In this document: positions 7,287-17,120 of the stretch, one piece after another
How the letters are laid out: the number at the start of each line of letters is the position of its first letter
Position numbering within the stretch: position 1 is the first letter of the stretch
Assembly: GCA_951812955.1 (NCBI GenBank)
Contig: OX638340.1
Coordinates: forward strand, 3,616,001-3,680,000
Length of the DNA: 64,000 nucleotides
Source of the DNA: an uncultured Gemmatimonadota bacterium
GTDB taxonomy: Bacteria > JAAXHH01
Direction: 5' to 3'
Position numbers and translations under genes: made by a program
Notes under the pieces: model-generated
Databases searched by the model: none
What the model saw: the letters and a program-made list of their open reading frames with translations, nothing else
What the model was told of the DNA's origin: nothing

Positions 7287-8468
7287 ATGGCCGGAAAAAC
7301 CAACCTGTCCCGCAGAGACTTGCTGATCAAGGGAGGGCTCGCGACGGCCGGCATGGCGCTGCTGCCATCCCACGTACTGGCCCAGTTGGCCCAACTGGCG
7401 CGGGACGAGACGCCCGTGGACTGGATCGATGAATTCGGGCCGCCGCAAAGCCCCGATTTCGTCCTGCTGGACTGGAACGGACTCGAATCTTGGATTACGC
7501 CCGTAGACCAGTTCTTCTCGGCGAGCCACTATCCCGAGCCCACCGTGGCCGGAGAGGGCTACAGCCTGGAGGTTTCCGGCGCGGTAAGACAGAAGCTCAA
7601 TCTGAGCCTCGACGAAATCAAGTCCATGCCGAGCAAAGACGTTATCTTCACCCTCGAGTGCTCGGGTAACCGGGGCGTCCCCGTTTTCAGGGGCGGCGTG
7701 TACAACGCCCGGTGGACCGGCACGCCGCTGGCGCCGATCCTGGAACGGGCAGGGATGTGGGGGAACGGTATCGAGGTGGTTTTCTTCGGACACGATGAAG
7801 GGGTCGAGAACATCACGCCAATTCGAAGCGAACCGCTGGCGATGAAACAGAATTTCGCCCGGTCGCTGACCACGAAACAGGCGATGGATCCGGACATCCT
7901 GCTGGCCTATGAGGTTAACGGACAGACGCTGCCGCCGAAGCACGGATATCCCCTGCGGCTCATCGTACCCGGCTGGTACGGCATCACCCAGGTGAAGTGG
8001 CTGAAACGCATCGAGGTGCGCACTACCCGGTACATGGGCAGGTTCATTTCGCGGGATTACGTCACGGTCCGCGAGGAGACCCACAACGGGGAGACCGTAT
8101 GGCGCCAGGAATCTGTTGGAAAAGGCAGGATCAATTCCGTCACGGCACGGGTCACGCGGGTCGGTCCCCTGCACCGGATCTACGGCGCGGTATGGGGCGA
8201 ACCGCTCAGGGAGGTCCAGGTGCGCATCGATGACGGAGCATGGCAGACGGCCGAAATCATCGAGGGGCTGGACGCCGAACACGCCTGGAAGTTCTGGCGG
8301 TTGGACTGGGACAGGCCTTCAGCGGGCGAGCATACGATCACTTCACGGGGCGTAACGACGGGCGGCACGATACAGCCCGCGCCGGACGATCCCTACCTGG
8401 CCGGCAAGAAGACTTACTGGGAAAGTAACGGCCAGGTGACCCGGACTATTCAGATCTTCGAAAGCTAG
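7287..8468 (+). CDS. Sulfite-oxidase-family molybdopterin oxidoreductase with Tat signal peptide
   Basis: N-terminal SRRDLLIKGGLATAGMAL (twin-arginine). Moco-binding region …FTLECSGNRG…, plus a C-terminal dimerisation domain. RBS GGGAGG 8 nt upstream. Confidence 0.8.
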   Translation: MAGKTNLSRRDLLIKGGLATAGMALLPSHVLAQLAQLARDETPVDWIDEFGPPQSPDFVLLDWNGLESWITPVDQFFSASHYPEPTVAGEGYSLEVSGAVRQKLNLSLDEIKSMPSKDVIFTLECSGNRGVPVFRGGVYNARWTGTPLAPILERAGMWGNGIEVVFFGHDEGVENITPIRSEPLAMKQNFARSLTTKQAMDPDILLAYEVNGQTLPPKHGYPLRLIVPGWYGITQVKWLKRIEVRTTRYMGRFISRDYVTVREETHNGETVWRQESVGKGRINSVTARVTRVGPLHRIYGAVWGEPLREVQVRIDDGAWQTAEIIEGLDAEHAWKFWRLDWDRPSAGEHTITSRGVTTGGTIQPAPDDPYLAGKKTYWESNGQVTRTIQIFES

Positions 8469-8485
8469 GGAACGAATCCCGATCC

Positions 8486-9598
8486 ATGGTCATCGATTCC
8501 CACGCTTACTGTTTTCCTCCGGGAGACGCGAAGGCCGGGTACGCGGACGCAGGTGAACACCTCCGTTGGATACAGGCCGAGCACGCGGTCCACCACCAGC
8601 CGGCCTGGCGGGTCCGTGACCGGGCCGCCGCGTCGTCAGATGCGATCGCTCCCGCTTCGCCCGGGGACTGGTCCACGCTTCCCGACGTGGATTTCCGCGT
8701 CGATCGGACCCATGGCCGGGTGGTGTGGACGATCGACGGCGAAGACTGCACCAAGCAGTTCTACCCGCCCCACCTGCGCAACCTGGAATACACCCCCGAC
8801 GGCCTGATCGCCGAGATGGACTATGCGGGCGTGGACGCCGCCCTGCTCCATACCAATCCCATGCTGAACCGGGACAGCGCGTTTCAGGCCGAATGTATCG
8901 CCGCATTTCCCGACCGGCTGTACTCCATGGCGCCCGTGGAAGAGTGGCGCATCGCGGCGGAACCGGACCGGGTGATCAATGAGATTGAACGGGCCGTGCG
9001 CGTTCGCGGGCTGCACGCCGTCAAGTTCAACGCCACGCTGGCATATCGCGAAAGTGACGAACGCTGGTGCGGTGGCGCCTACCGCCCCTTCTGGGATGCC
9101 GTGGCCACGCTGAAGGTCCCGGTTTTCTTTACCCTGGGCGCCGGACCCGTACTCGGCTACCACAGCGATCTGACGCAGGGCTACTTCAACGAACTCCGCG
9201 TGCTCATGGAATGGATGGACCGGTACCCGGATTCGGTCTGCAGTATCACCCACGGTTTCCCCTGGCGCATGTTTCTCGAAGGCGACCGTCTCGTCTTGCC
9301 TGAGGATCTGTGGAAACCCTACGAGAACCGCAATCTCAGCATGGAAGTCTGCTTTCCCGTGCGCATCGGCGACCTCTTCGACTTTCCCTACAGCGAGGCC
9401 CTACCGGCCCTGGAGGAGTTGGTTGGCCGGATCGGTAGCGACAGGCTGCTGTGGGGCACGGACATGCCCTTCCAGAACAGGTTCTGCACGTATCGGCAGT
9501 CCCGGGACTGGATCGAGAAGTACGCGGGTTTTCTCAGCGAAGCGGACCGTGCCGCGATTATGGGCGGCACCGCCGCGCGAATATTGGGTATTGCGTAG
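8486..9598 (+). CDS. Amidohydrolase-2 family (PF04909-type TIM-barrel metal-dependent hydrolase)
   Basis: 370 aa; N-terminal VIDSHAY… and C-terminal …LLWGTDMPF… match the amidohydrolase-2 signatures. Confidence 0.75.
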   Translation: MVIDSHAYCFPPGDAKAGYADAGEHLRWIQAEHAVHHQPAWRVRDRAAASSDAIAPASPGDWSTLPDVDFRVDRTHGRVVWTIDGEDCTKQFYPPHLRNLEYTPDGLIAEMDYAGVDAALLHTNPMLNRDSAFQAECIAAFPDRLYSMAPVEEWRIAAEPDRVINEIERAVRVRGLHAVKFNATLAYRESDERWCGGAYRPFWDAVATLKVPVFFTLGAGPVLGYHSDLTQGYFNELRVLMEWMDRYPDSVCSITHGFPWRMFLEGDRLVLPEDLWKPYENRNLSMEVCFPVRIGDLFDFPYSEALPALEELVGRIGSDRLLWGTDMPFQNRFCTYRQSRDWIEKYAGFLSEADRAAIMGGTAARILGIA

Positions 9599-9675
9599 CG
9601 AGCAGCTGACGCAGTGGGAATGTGACGTTCTCGAAAACTGTTAAAAGAATAGATAACTTTGTGATACTTTAAGTA

Positions 9676-9726
9676 CCCGGACCTGCACCCGCACCCGGCC
9701 CCGCACCCGGCCCCGAGCCCGCAGGT
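9676..9726. repeat. GC-rich degenerate tandem repeat (gcacccggcccc-like, ~3-4 units) upstream of the uxuA-like gene
   Basis: cccggacctgcacccgcacccggccccgcacccggccccgagcccgcagg. Confidence 0.5.
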
Positions 9727-9747
9727 TTACATAACCCGGAGGATTCC

Positions 9748-10734
9748 ATGCACGTCGGTACCCAGCAGTTTAGCACGGCGGACGAAGACCTGGAGTATCT
9801 CGCCCGCCACGGCGTCTTCAACAAGAACGAGAATAACATTACCTTCCACAGGGAATATGGATGGGACGTGGAGGAACTGGCGGCCAAGAAGGAGAAGTGC
9901 GCCCGGTTCGGCATCAACATGGAGATGGTGGCCCTGCCTATCGCCCAGTTCAACGTCGACGGCGGCCAGGTGCCCAATTACATGCTGGGGAAATACGAGG
10001 AAGGCGACAAGGAAATCGAACTGGTGTGCAACATGGTGCGCCAGGCCTCGGAAGCGGGCATCCCCGCGATCAAATACTACCTTTGCGAGATGGAGAACCA
10101 GCGCACCGAGAGCGATCCGCCCGGACGCGGAGGTTCGATCTACAGCACCTGGGACCTGGAGAAGGCGAAGGACCGGCCGCCGCGGTACGACGAACCCGTA
10201 ACGGCCGAGATGAATTGGGCCCGCATAACCTACTTCCTTGAACGGGTGATCCCCGTGGCGACCGAGTGCAAAGTCCGCATGGCCTGCCATCCCTGCGATC
10301 CGTGGCTGCCGCCCGGCTATCGCTGCGTGGACCGCGTGCTCGGCGGCTTCGACGGGTTCAAGCAATTCATTGAGATCTGTCCCAGTCCGTACCACGGCAT
10401 GAATCTATGCCTGGGTTGCATGGCTGAGAGTTCGCTCGACCCGCGCAACGAGGTGCCTGACATTATTCGATACCTGGGATCGCGGAACAAGATCTTCCTC
10501 TGCCATTTCCGAAACATCGTGGGCGGGAGGAACAAGTTCCAGGAAGTCTGGCCCGACGAGGGCGTCATGAACATGCACCGCAACATGCAAGCGCTCAAAG
10601 AAGTCGGCTACGATCACATGTGCGTGCCCGATCACGCGCCTGGGCACAAGGATCCGGACAGCTACCGGCAGGCCTTCGCCTACGAGTTCGGCTATATTCA
10701 GGCGATGATCCAGGCGGTGATGGACGAGGGGTAG
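9748..10734 (+). CDS. uxuA-like: Mannonate dehydratase (UxuA)-family TIM-barrel protein (short form)
   Basis: 328 aa with the segments KVRMACHPCDP, IFLCHFRNI and VPDHAPGH. From memory these correspond to VRMAVHPDDP, IYFTHLRS and RPDHGHQ of E. coli UxuA. RBS GGAGGA 5 nt upstream. Confidence 0.6.
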   Translation: MHVGTQQFSTADEDLEYLARHGVFNKNENNITFHREYGWDVEELAAKKEKCARFGINMEMVALPIAQFNVDGGQVPNYMLGKYEEGDKEIELVCNMVRQASEAGIPAIKYYLCEMENQRTESDPPGRGGSIYSTWDLEKAKDRPPRYDEPVTAEMNWARITYFLERVIPVATECKVRMACHPCDPWLPPGYRCVDRVLGGFDGFKQFIEICPSPYHGMNLCLGCMAESSLDPRNEVPDIIRYLGSRNKIFLCHFRNIVGGRNKFQEVWPDEGVMNMHRNMQALKEVGYDHMCVPDHAPGHKDPDSYRQAFAYEFGYIQAMIQAVMDEG

Positions 10735-10813
10735 GGTGCTGTTTGGCCTGGCGCGGGCAATCGACATGAAGTGAGCCAAATTGCATGGCGGTCCTGTCTT
10801 CGACACGCCACGT

Positions 10814-12592
10814 TCAAATCTGCCACTCGATCAGTTGCTGGTCCTGTTTAAGGCGTGCACGCTGATGCTGGGCGGCAATGAAGATGTCTTCCAACCCGGG
10901 CGTATCGACTTCGAGCCCCGGCAGGGAGTACCGCGCTTCCATGAGAAACCGGTCCTCCTGCGGCGATTGGATCCATGCGTGCCGCCACCACTCCAACATG
11001 CGGCCTCTCGCGTCAGCCATGGCGATGGAGGAGGGCAGCCGGTCGCTCTTTCTGAGGTTGATGTTGCCGCGGGCCGGCAGCAGGTTCCAGAGATCGTTGT
11101 TGCGCCAGCGCGCCCACGGAAAACAGTGGTCGATGTGCGGAGCGGTTCGAATGCGCGACGCAGACCATACGCAGGTAAGCGCGAATCCGTCATCGCGCAA
11201 CTGCTTCGCCCGTTCCAGGGCAACGCTGGTGTCGTAGCGGCTCTCGGTCCATTCGAACGGGTCGTTTGATACCGTTTCAGCCCCGCGATCCCGAACCACA
11301 GCGGCAGATTGATCGGTGGGGGTCGTCCACCGCGCGGTGTTGCGCAGGCTTGCCGAGTCATCCCAATTTGTAGTCAGTTGCCGCCATTCCCTTACGATGA
11401 CCGGCTCCAGCCAGCAGGCGAACTGACCGAGTGACTGCCATAGCAATGCGGGAATCCTGAGGCGACCGAACTGCGTCAGATATTCGCGGGAGAGAACGAT
11501 GGGCCGGGCGGTCGCCTGCGCCCTGGTATATCCTGATTCGAACAACTGCCGGTTGCCGGAAGCTGGATAGGTGATGTAGCGTACAGGCATCCGCTCGATG
11601 TTTACGCAGGCGTCGTTTATAGCATGGGTAAGGATGACGGCCCGGTCCGAATCAAACCTGGCACCCAGCCGAAGGTCGGAAGGCGAGACGTTCCCGAGAC
11701 GGTAGAACGCATCCTTTGCCCAGCCGTATCCGCCCGGTCCCGATGGGCGTTGCGGCAGACGATGATGCAGGACCAGGGGAAGGTATTGCTTCAACCAGTA
11801 CAGACCGACAGCGCCGAAGGGGATTTCTACGTAGTCGTCCGTACGATTGATGACTAACCCCGGCGCCGTTTCAGCGAGTCGTACCAGGATCCGAAGCAGC
11901 CCCAGCTTGTAGGTCGAGGACTTGTTGTCATTCACGATCACGTGGCGCAGCAGCGGCAGGCTGCCGGTGCCATCGTCCGGCATAGAGAAAACCAGCGTTT
12001 CCCAATGTATGCCGGGTCGCGTCAGGTCCGGCTGCGTCGAGTGGTTGCGCAGCGCGATGGCTCGGCGGTTGGCAAAACCGATAAGTTCCTCTGCCGAAGT
12101 GTCATGAAATCCCCGGGCGACATTTTCCGCGGCATCTCCGCCGCGTCGCAGCGTGAATACCAGCAGTCCGGATGGATTGAGCAGCTCGGAAAGGATGCGG
12201 AAGGCCCGTTCCCGGACATTCTGCGCCACGTGCATCCACACAGCGCTCAGTAGAATCAGGTCGAACCGCCGACCGAGCGCACGCAGAACCCTTAGATCCG
12301 GTAGGGCATCATCCATCCAAACCACGCCTGGGTGGGAGCGTTCCGCAGCGAGGTTCCGCAACGCGCTCGGTTCCACTGCCACGACTTCCCATCCTCTGGC
12401 CGCGAGCCAGTTGGCATCGCGTCCCGAACCGGCGCCGATGTCGCAGGCGAATCCAGGTTCTTCACGCAGGTGGGTCGGAGCCCAGTCTTCATGGACGTCT
12501 GCAGCATCGACTCCGTCATACTGGGCGAAGAGAGCATCTGAATTGAGGTCGTAGTATCTGGTGCTGTTCATGCGGATAGGCAAGACTGGCAC
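10814..12592 (-). CDS. Three-part protein: N-terminal class I SAM-dependent methyltransferase, unassigned central domain, C-terminal HNH nuclease motif
   Basis: 592 aa. Rossmann motif CDIGAGSGRDANWLAARGWEVVAVEP…DLILLSAVWMH. Central ~250 aa unassigned (…STYKLGLLRILVRLAE…GLYWLKQYLPLVLHH…). C-terminus APHIDHCFPWARWRNNDLWNLLPARGNINLRKSDRLPS is the HNH pattern H-x-D-H…N…N. Start is GTG 12592 or ATG 12571. Confidence 0.7.
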   Translation of the reverse strand: MPVLPIRMNSTRYYDLNSDALFAQYDGVDAADVHEDWAPTHLREEPGFACDIGAGSGRDANWLAARGWEVVAVEPSALRNLAAERSHPGVVWMDDALPDLRVLRALGRRFDLILLSAVWMHVAQNVRERAFRILSELLNPSGLLVFTLRRGGDAAENVARGFHDTSAEELIGFANRRAIALRNHSTQPDLTRPGIHWETLVFSMPDDGTGSLPLLRHVIVNDNKSSTYKLGLLRILVRLAETAPGLVINRTDDYVEIPFGAVGLYWLKQYLPLVLHHRLPQRPSGPGGYGWAKDAFYRLGNVSPSDLRLGARFDSDRAVILTHAINDACVNIERMPVRYITYPASGNRQLFESGYTRAQATARPIVLSREYLTQFGRLRIPALLWQSLGQFACWLEPVIVREWRQLTTNWDDSASLRNTARWTTPTDQSAAVVRDRGAETVSNDPFEWTESRYDTSVALERAKQLRDDGFALTCVWSASRIRTAPHIDHCFPWARWRNNDLWNLLPARGNINLRKSDRLPSSIAMADARGRMLEWWRHAWIQSPQEDRFLMEARYSLPGLEVDTPGLEDIFIAAQHQRARLKQDQQLIEWQI

Positions 12593-12866
12593 GGGTAGCC
12601 AGAATAGGCGTGCTTAGACAGATAAGCGTTTTCCCGCTTCATGCGGGCGGGCATTGATTCTTGCGGGTATCCTGCGCACGTACATGATAAAGGCGGGAAA
12701 ACGGTTGAATATCCCATGTCGAAGTCATTATCTATGATCATGCCATATTAGTCGGAAAACGGTAGATGTCAAGCAATCCAATGCGTCTGCTAACCGCGAC
12801 TGTCGCTTGTGTTTGCCTGCAGCGATGGCCTGACGTGTTCTGTGTACGCGCCAATCCCGACAGGAG

Positions 12867-13670
12867 ATGACTGTGATCTCAAAACGCATACTGCCCGGCG
12901 AGCGTCTCGACGACGCCTGGATGGAAGAAATACTCACGGACTTTTACAGGGACGGTTTCGCCCTTATACCGGGTGTGTTGACCCGGGATGAAATCGATGC
13001 CCTCCGCGAGGTGACGGACCGCTGCTTCAACGATCCCGTGCTGGCCGGCACTGATTACCTGAGCGGGCAGGGGGACGGATTCGTGCTCCGCAATACATTG
13101 GAACTGGACGCCGTATTCGTGGACATGCTGATTCGGGAGCCGATCCTGAGTCTGGCTGAAGCCGTCGTGGGAGAGGACTGTAAGTTCTGCGGGCAGAACG
13201 TGATCCGGAACGCGCCGGGCCAGGCCATTTCGCTGTGGCACGTGGACGACCGGGTGGAGTTCCCGTTGCCGGAAGACGTGCACCGCCACGACCCCCGCAT
13301 CCGCATGCCGGTGCAGTGGTTCACCATCCAGATGGCCCTGACAGATATCGATTCGGTGGAGGATGGTCCTACGCAGTTCGTGCCGGGCAGCCAGTATTCC
13401 GGCAGAGATCCCAACAGCCAGGAAAATCCGGAGTTCGAAGGCAGAGGACCGGTCTCTGCGTTATGCAAGGCGGGCGACGTCTACCTGCAGAACAACCAGT
13501 GCTGGCACCGGGGAGCGCCCGTCACATCGGATCAGATGCGCTATGTCTTCCAGTCCCAGTACGCCGCCCGTTGGGCCCACAGGCGGTTCAACGAGTATAA
13601 CCACGTACCTGTGCCGCCCACGGTTCTAAGCCGGGCCTCGGACAGGCTGCGTGGGGTGCTGGGTGCGTGA
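12867..13670 (+). CDS. Phytanoyl-CoA dioxygenase (PhyH)-family Fe(II)/2-oxoglutarate oxygenase (paralog 1)
   Basis: 267 aa with HxD motif WHVDD and a distal His; start may be GTG 12873, better spaced from the AGGAG. Confidence 0.8.
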   Translation: MTVISKRILPGERLDDAWMEEILTDFYRDGFALIPGVLTRDEIDALREVTDRCFNDPVLAGTDYLSGQGDGFVLRNTLELDAVFVDMLIREPILSLAEAVVGEDCKFCGQNVIRNAPGQAISLWHVDDRVEFPLPEDVHRHDPRIRMPVQWFTIQMALTDIDSVEDGPTQFVPGSQYSGRDPNSQENPEFEGRGPVSALCKAGDVYLQNNQCWHRGAPVTSDQMRYVFQSQYAARWAHRRFNEYNHVPVPPTVLSRASDRLRGVLGA

Positions 13671-13760
13671 CGACATGTGCTCAGGTCGGCTTGGCTATTT
13701 AACGGGGCATCCGGCCGATTGCGCAGGCCGGTACCTGGCATGGCCTGATGTACGTCTTGA

Positions 13761-14966
13761 TTAGTGCACGATAGTATCGAACCGCGCGGGCAGCGCCACC
13801 TCGAGCAGCTCGAGGTCGTCGGAGCGGTCCGTGAGGGACGTTTTCGTGTGCGGCGGAATCACGTAGGCGTCTCCCGCCTCCAGCCGGTGTGCGCCCTGGT
13901 CATCCCCGTTCAGGGTCACCTCGCCTTCCATGACGAAGGTGAAGAGGATATCGCCAGTGTGGCTCGTGACCTGTTCCGCGCCTGACGGGCTTCCCTGTTC
14001 GCCTCCTCCGCCGGGGCCTGCGTATTCGCCGCTGATCGTGCCTCCTTGCGCGGAGCCATTCGAGCCGCTGTTCGCACGTGCGACCTGCACCGATGCTACG
14101 CCGCCCGTCGCCTCGCCGATCCCTGTTTCCCGGGCTTCGAATCCCGCTAGTCTCCAGGGTTTCCAGACCGCGTCTTTGAGCTGATGGCGGCAGAATGTCT
14201 GACCGCCGAAGACACGATCGGGGTTCAGCACTCCTGTCGGCAACTCGACCTCGTGGTCGATGGTGGTCACGTGGTCCGCGGGCACGCCGATTTCGATCAC
14301 CTGCAGGTTGTCGGAAGATTCGAGCACGCGATGCCGGATTTCCGGGGGTTGGATCACGCAGTCCCCCGCCTTGAGCATGAAAGGTGGCCCCTGGTCCTCG
14401 TAGACGAGCTTCACCTCGCCACGGTAACAGAAGATCAACTGGAATCCCACCGTATGATAGTGTACAACGTCGGGAACGGGACCGGCGTCGGGGATCCGGA
14501 TGTGGGAAGCAATGATGCTCCCACCCAGGCGGCCGGGCACCAGGTCGCGGTAGTGCATGCCGGCACGGCCGATTACCCAGGGCGTGTTGTCCTTCAGCCT
14601 CCGCACGAGGAAGGCGTGCTCCGTCGGCGGGATTTCCAGCGGCGGATCGGCCCGCACGATCTCGACCCGTGTGCCGTTCGGCGCGGTGAGTTCGGTCCGG
14701 CCGCCGGCCAGAACCGCCGGATCTCGACACAGGATTCGTATTGTGCCCGGCGGTTCGGACGCGCCCTGCTCCAGCCGGATGGTGAGCCCGTGGCCGGAAA
14801 GTACGGAAACTGACGGGTAGTCGGCGGGGTAGATCTTGTCCATACGGAAACCCAGGGTCTTCATGAAGAAGGCCAGGTCCGCGGACAAGTCCGAGGTCGG
14901 CAGCCGGATCTCGGCGCCCTGGATATTGTCCTCGCGGTTGGTCTGCTTGTCGTCATGCAATTGCAT
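13761..14966 (-). CDS. Bicupin protein (two cupin barrels)
   Basis: Two cupin-like cores in an ORF of ~400 aa. Start taken at the internal MQLHDDKQ so that it does not overlap the upstream enolase gene. Confidence 0.65.
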   Translation of the reverse strand: MQLHDDKQTNREDNIQGAEIRLPTSDLSADLAFFMKTLGFRMDKIYPADYPSVSVLSGHGLTIRLEQGASEPPGTIRILCRDPAVLAGGRTELTAPNGTRVEIVRADPPLEIPPTEHAFLVRRLKDNTPWVIGRAGMHYRDLVPGRLGGSIIASHIRIPDAGPVPDVVHYHTVGFQLIFCYRGEVKLVYEDQGPPFMLKAGDCVIQPPEIRHRVLESSDNLQVIEIGVPADHVTTIDHEVELPTGVLNPDRVFGGQTFCRHQLKDAVWKPWRLAGFEARETGIGEATGGVASVQVARANSGSNGSAQGGTISGEYAGPGGGGEQGSPSGAEQVTSHTGDILFTFVMEGEVTLNGDDQGAHRLEAGDAYVIPPHTKTSLTDRSDDLELLEVALPARFDTIVH

Positions 14967-14979
14967 ATCGCCAGCTCCC

Positions 14980-16101
14980 TTATCCTTCGAAACGATACTT
15001 CTCAACGACGTCCATGTTCAGCTCCGTACCCAGTCCGGGTTTCACGGGGAGCCGGAAATAGCCGCTTTCCACGACCGGCGGATCGGTCAGCAGGTCGTCG
15101 CGCCAGGGCGCGTCCCATTTTTCGTCCACGAACTCCAGCACCAGTGCGTTTGGGATATTGGCCATGACGTGAAGGCTCGCCGTCGTGGACACGGCGCTGT
15201 TCGGATTATGGGGCGAGACCTGCATGTAGTAGCTTTCCGCCATGGCGGCGATCTTCTTGGTCTCCATGATGCCGCCCGTGCGCACAACGTCGGGCATGAT
15301 CATGTCCACCGCCTGGGCGGCGATCAGGTCCCGGAAGCCGAAGCGCGTATACCGTCGTTCGCCCACGCAAACGGGCACGTTGACGGACGCGGTCACCCGG
15401 GCCAGGGCGTCGATGTTCTCCGGGTGGACCGGCTCCTCGTAGAACAGCAGGCCGATTTCCTCGAGCCGGTTGCCGATGCGGATCGCGGCGCTCGTGGTGT
15501 ACCGGCATCCCACGTCGGTACAGAGGTCCACCCCGTCGCCCACGGCCTCGCGGCACCGGCGCATGTGTTCCAGGGCCATCTTCTCTTCCTTCAGCGTGAC
15601 AGAGCGAGGCGAGTCAATGCGTTCCCCTTTGACCAGCGGATCCGAGGGGAAGTACGCCTTGATGGCGGTAACGCCCTTGGCGGCCAGTTCTGCGCACTCC
15701 TCCGGGTCGGAGGCATGGCTGTAGAACCGAATGCGGTTGCGGCACGGTCCGCCGATGAGATTGTAGATGGGCTGACCGGTGACCTTGCCCACGATGTCCC
15801 AGAGGGCGATCTCGATGCCGCTGATCGCCGCGATGACCGTACCAGTCTGCCCGATCTGCTCCAGGGCGTAGTACATACGGTGGTACAGGTACTCTATGTG
15901 GAACGGATCCTCGCCGATGATGAGCTTGCTCAGTTCGTCCACGGACTGTGCGATGATGGTGCCGCCCGGCCAGTTCGTCGCGTCCCCCAGGCCCACGACC
16001 CCCTCGTCCGTGTAGACCTGCACGAAGACCCACGGCGAGCCGATGTCCGTCGATTTGCGCCAGGACTCCACCAGGTGCACTTTCACATCGGTGATTTTCA
16101 T
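14980..16101 (-). CDS. Enolase-superfamily enzyme, mandelate racemase/muconate lactonizing family (D-mannonate/galactonate dehydratase-like)
   Basis: 373 aa; MKITDVKVHLV…VQVYTDEGVVGLGDATNW… N-terminal capping domain plus TIM barrel typical of the MR/MLE family. Confidence 0.8.
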   Translation of the reverse strand: MKITDVKVHLVESWRKSTDIGSPWVFVQVYTDEGVVGLGDATNWPGGTIIAQSVDELSKLIIGEDPFHIEYLYHRMYYALEQIGQTGTVIAAISGIEIALWDIVGKVTGQPIYNLIGGPCRNRIRFYSHASDPEECAELAAKGVTAIKAYFPSDPLVKGERIDSPRSVTLKEEKMALEHMRRCREAVGDGVDLCTDVGCRYTTSAAIRIGNRLEEIGLLFYEEPVHPENIDALARVTASVNVPVCVGERRYTRFGFRDLIAAQAVDMIMPDVVRTGGIMETKKIAAMAESYYMQVSPHNPNSAVSTTASLHVMANIPNALVLEFVDEKWDAPWRDDLLTDPPVVESGYFRLPVKPGLGTELNMDVVEKYRFEG

Positions 16102-16215
16102 GAGATGCCTTTGGACTCTTTCATACAGATTCCGGCCGATTTCGTCGCTGGGCGCGCCAGATCATCTCTCCTGACAGACCGCATCGTGCCCGAATTCGAT
16201 GTCAGCCTGCTGGCT

Positions 16216-17019
16216 TCAGTCCCGTCGCAGGTTGCTGAACTCCGGTTTCGGACCGCCCTCTTCACGGTCCCACTGCCACAGTTCCGTGTAGGGCGACTGG
16301 GCGTGGAAACCGAAGATGACCGGTCCGTCTTCGCCCGCCCGTTCGAGCACGTCCGGATTGACCACGCGGGGCATCTCGTACTCGCAACGGGTCCAACGCC
16401 TCCGCCAGGGGCTCAACACCGCATAGCGCGGCTGGTCGGTCTGGTTCTTCGTCGTACCATGCCAGGTATTCACGTCGAAGAGCACGAGCGATCCTTCCGG
16501 GGCGACGGCAGTCCGGGCGTTGCCATAGGCCGAATCGGGCACGTCGAGGTACTCGTACCGGTGGCTGCCCGGGACGAACTCCGTCGCGCCGTTGGTCTCG
16601 GTAAAGGGGCTCAGGCAGAAGATCGTGTTCAAGGCGATCGAGTGGCTCGTGATCCGCCGGCCCTCGTCGGCATCGGGCATGGATGCGTCCCGGTTGTGAC
16701 CGGTGATACCGCTGTCGGAATGCAGCCCGTGTCCGCCTTCACCGGGCATCACCACCGATCCGTACACGGCGCTCAAAAGCGCGTCGGGGCCCAGGAAGTG
16801 TCTCGTCAGCCTCAGATGGTCGGGAAGCTGGTAGAACCGTTCGAACACCCGCGCCTTGTTGAAGAGCCATTCGAAACTGCCCCGCTCGCGGTTGGGGTAA
16901 CGTGTTTCGAGTTCCCTTCGCGCTTCCGCGCATTCCTCTGCCGTCAACTGGTCCGTCAGGATGGTGTATCCCTCAACCTTCAGGTCCAGCACGTGGGCTT
17001 GAAAGGATTCGTCTGTCAT
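16216..17019 (-). CDS. PhyH-family dioxygenase (paralog 2)
   Basis: HxD motif GLHSDSG…; start placed at the internal MTDESFQ. Confidence 0.75.
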   Translation of the reverse strand: MTDESFQAHVLDLKVEGYTILTDQLTAEECAEARRELETRYPNRERGSFEWLFNKARVFERFYQLPDHLRLTRHFLGPDALLSAVYGSVVMPGEGGHGLHSDSGITGHNRDASMPDADEGRRITSHSIALNTIFCLSPFTETNGATEFVPGSHRYEYLDVPDSAYGNARTAVAPEGSLVLFDVNTWHGTTKNQTDQPRYAVLSPWRRRWTRCEYEMPRVVNPDVLERAGEDGPVIFGFHAQSPYTELWQWDREEGGPKPEFSNLRRD

Positions 17020-17120
17020 AGGTTGATTCCGGCTCTCATGTGATGCTTGTTCGACCAGCGCAGGGTTTGGCGGATCAACGGCCGGTATGGCCATCGCCCG
17101 GTCCGCGGCGTCCGCTCGAA

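Noticed and set aside
9676-9726. GC-rich repeat upstream of uxuA-like gene considered as riboswitch or CRISPR-like element
   Set aside because: Too short, degenerate and unstructured; more likely a simple-sequence tract in a promoter region.
12593-12866. GC hairpin cccgcttcatgcggg in the divergent intergenic region, considered as terminator or attenuator
   Set aside because: Not followed by a U-run on either strand and located in a 5' region; probably incidental.
14836-17043. 735-aa plus-strand ORF (and similar very long ORFs 21727-23976, 26821-28131, 28079-29827, 39721-40728, 41768-42787, 59471-60859)
   Set aside because: They lie antisense to genes with clear family signatures, have Arg/Gly/Pro-rich low-complexity translations typical of stop-poor high-GC DNA, and have no motifs of their own.
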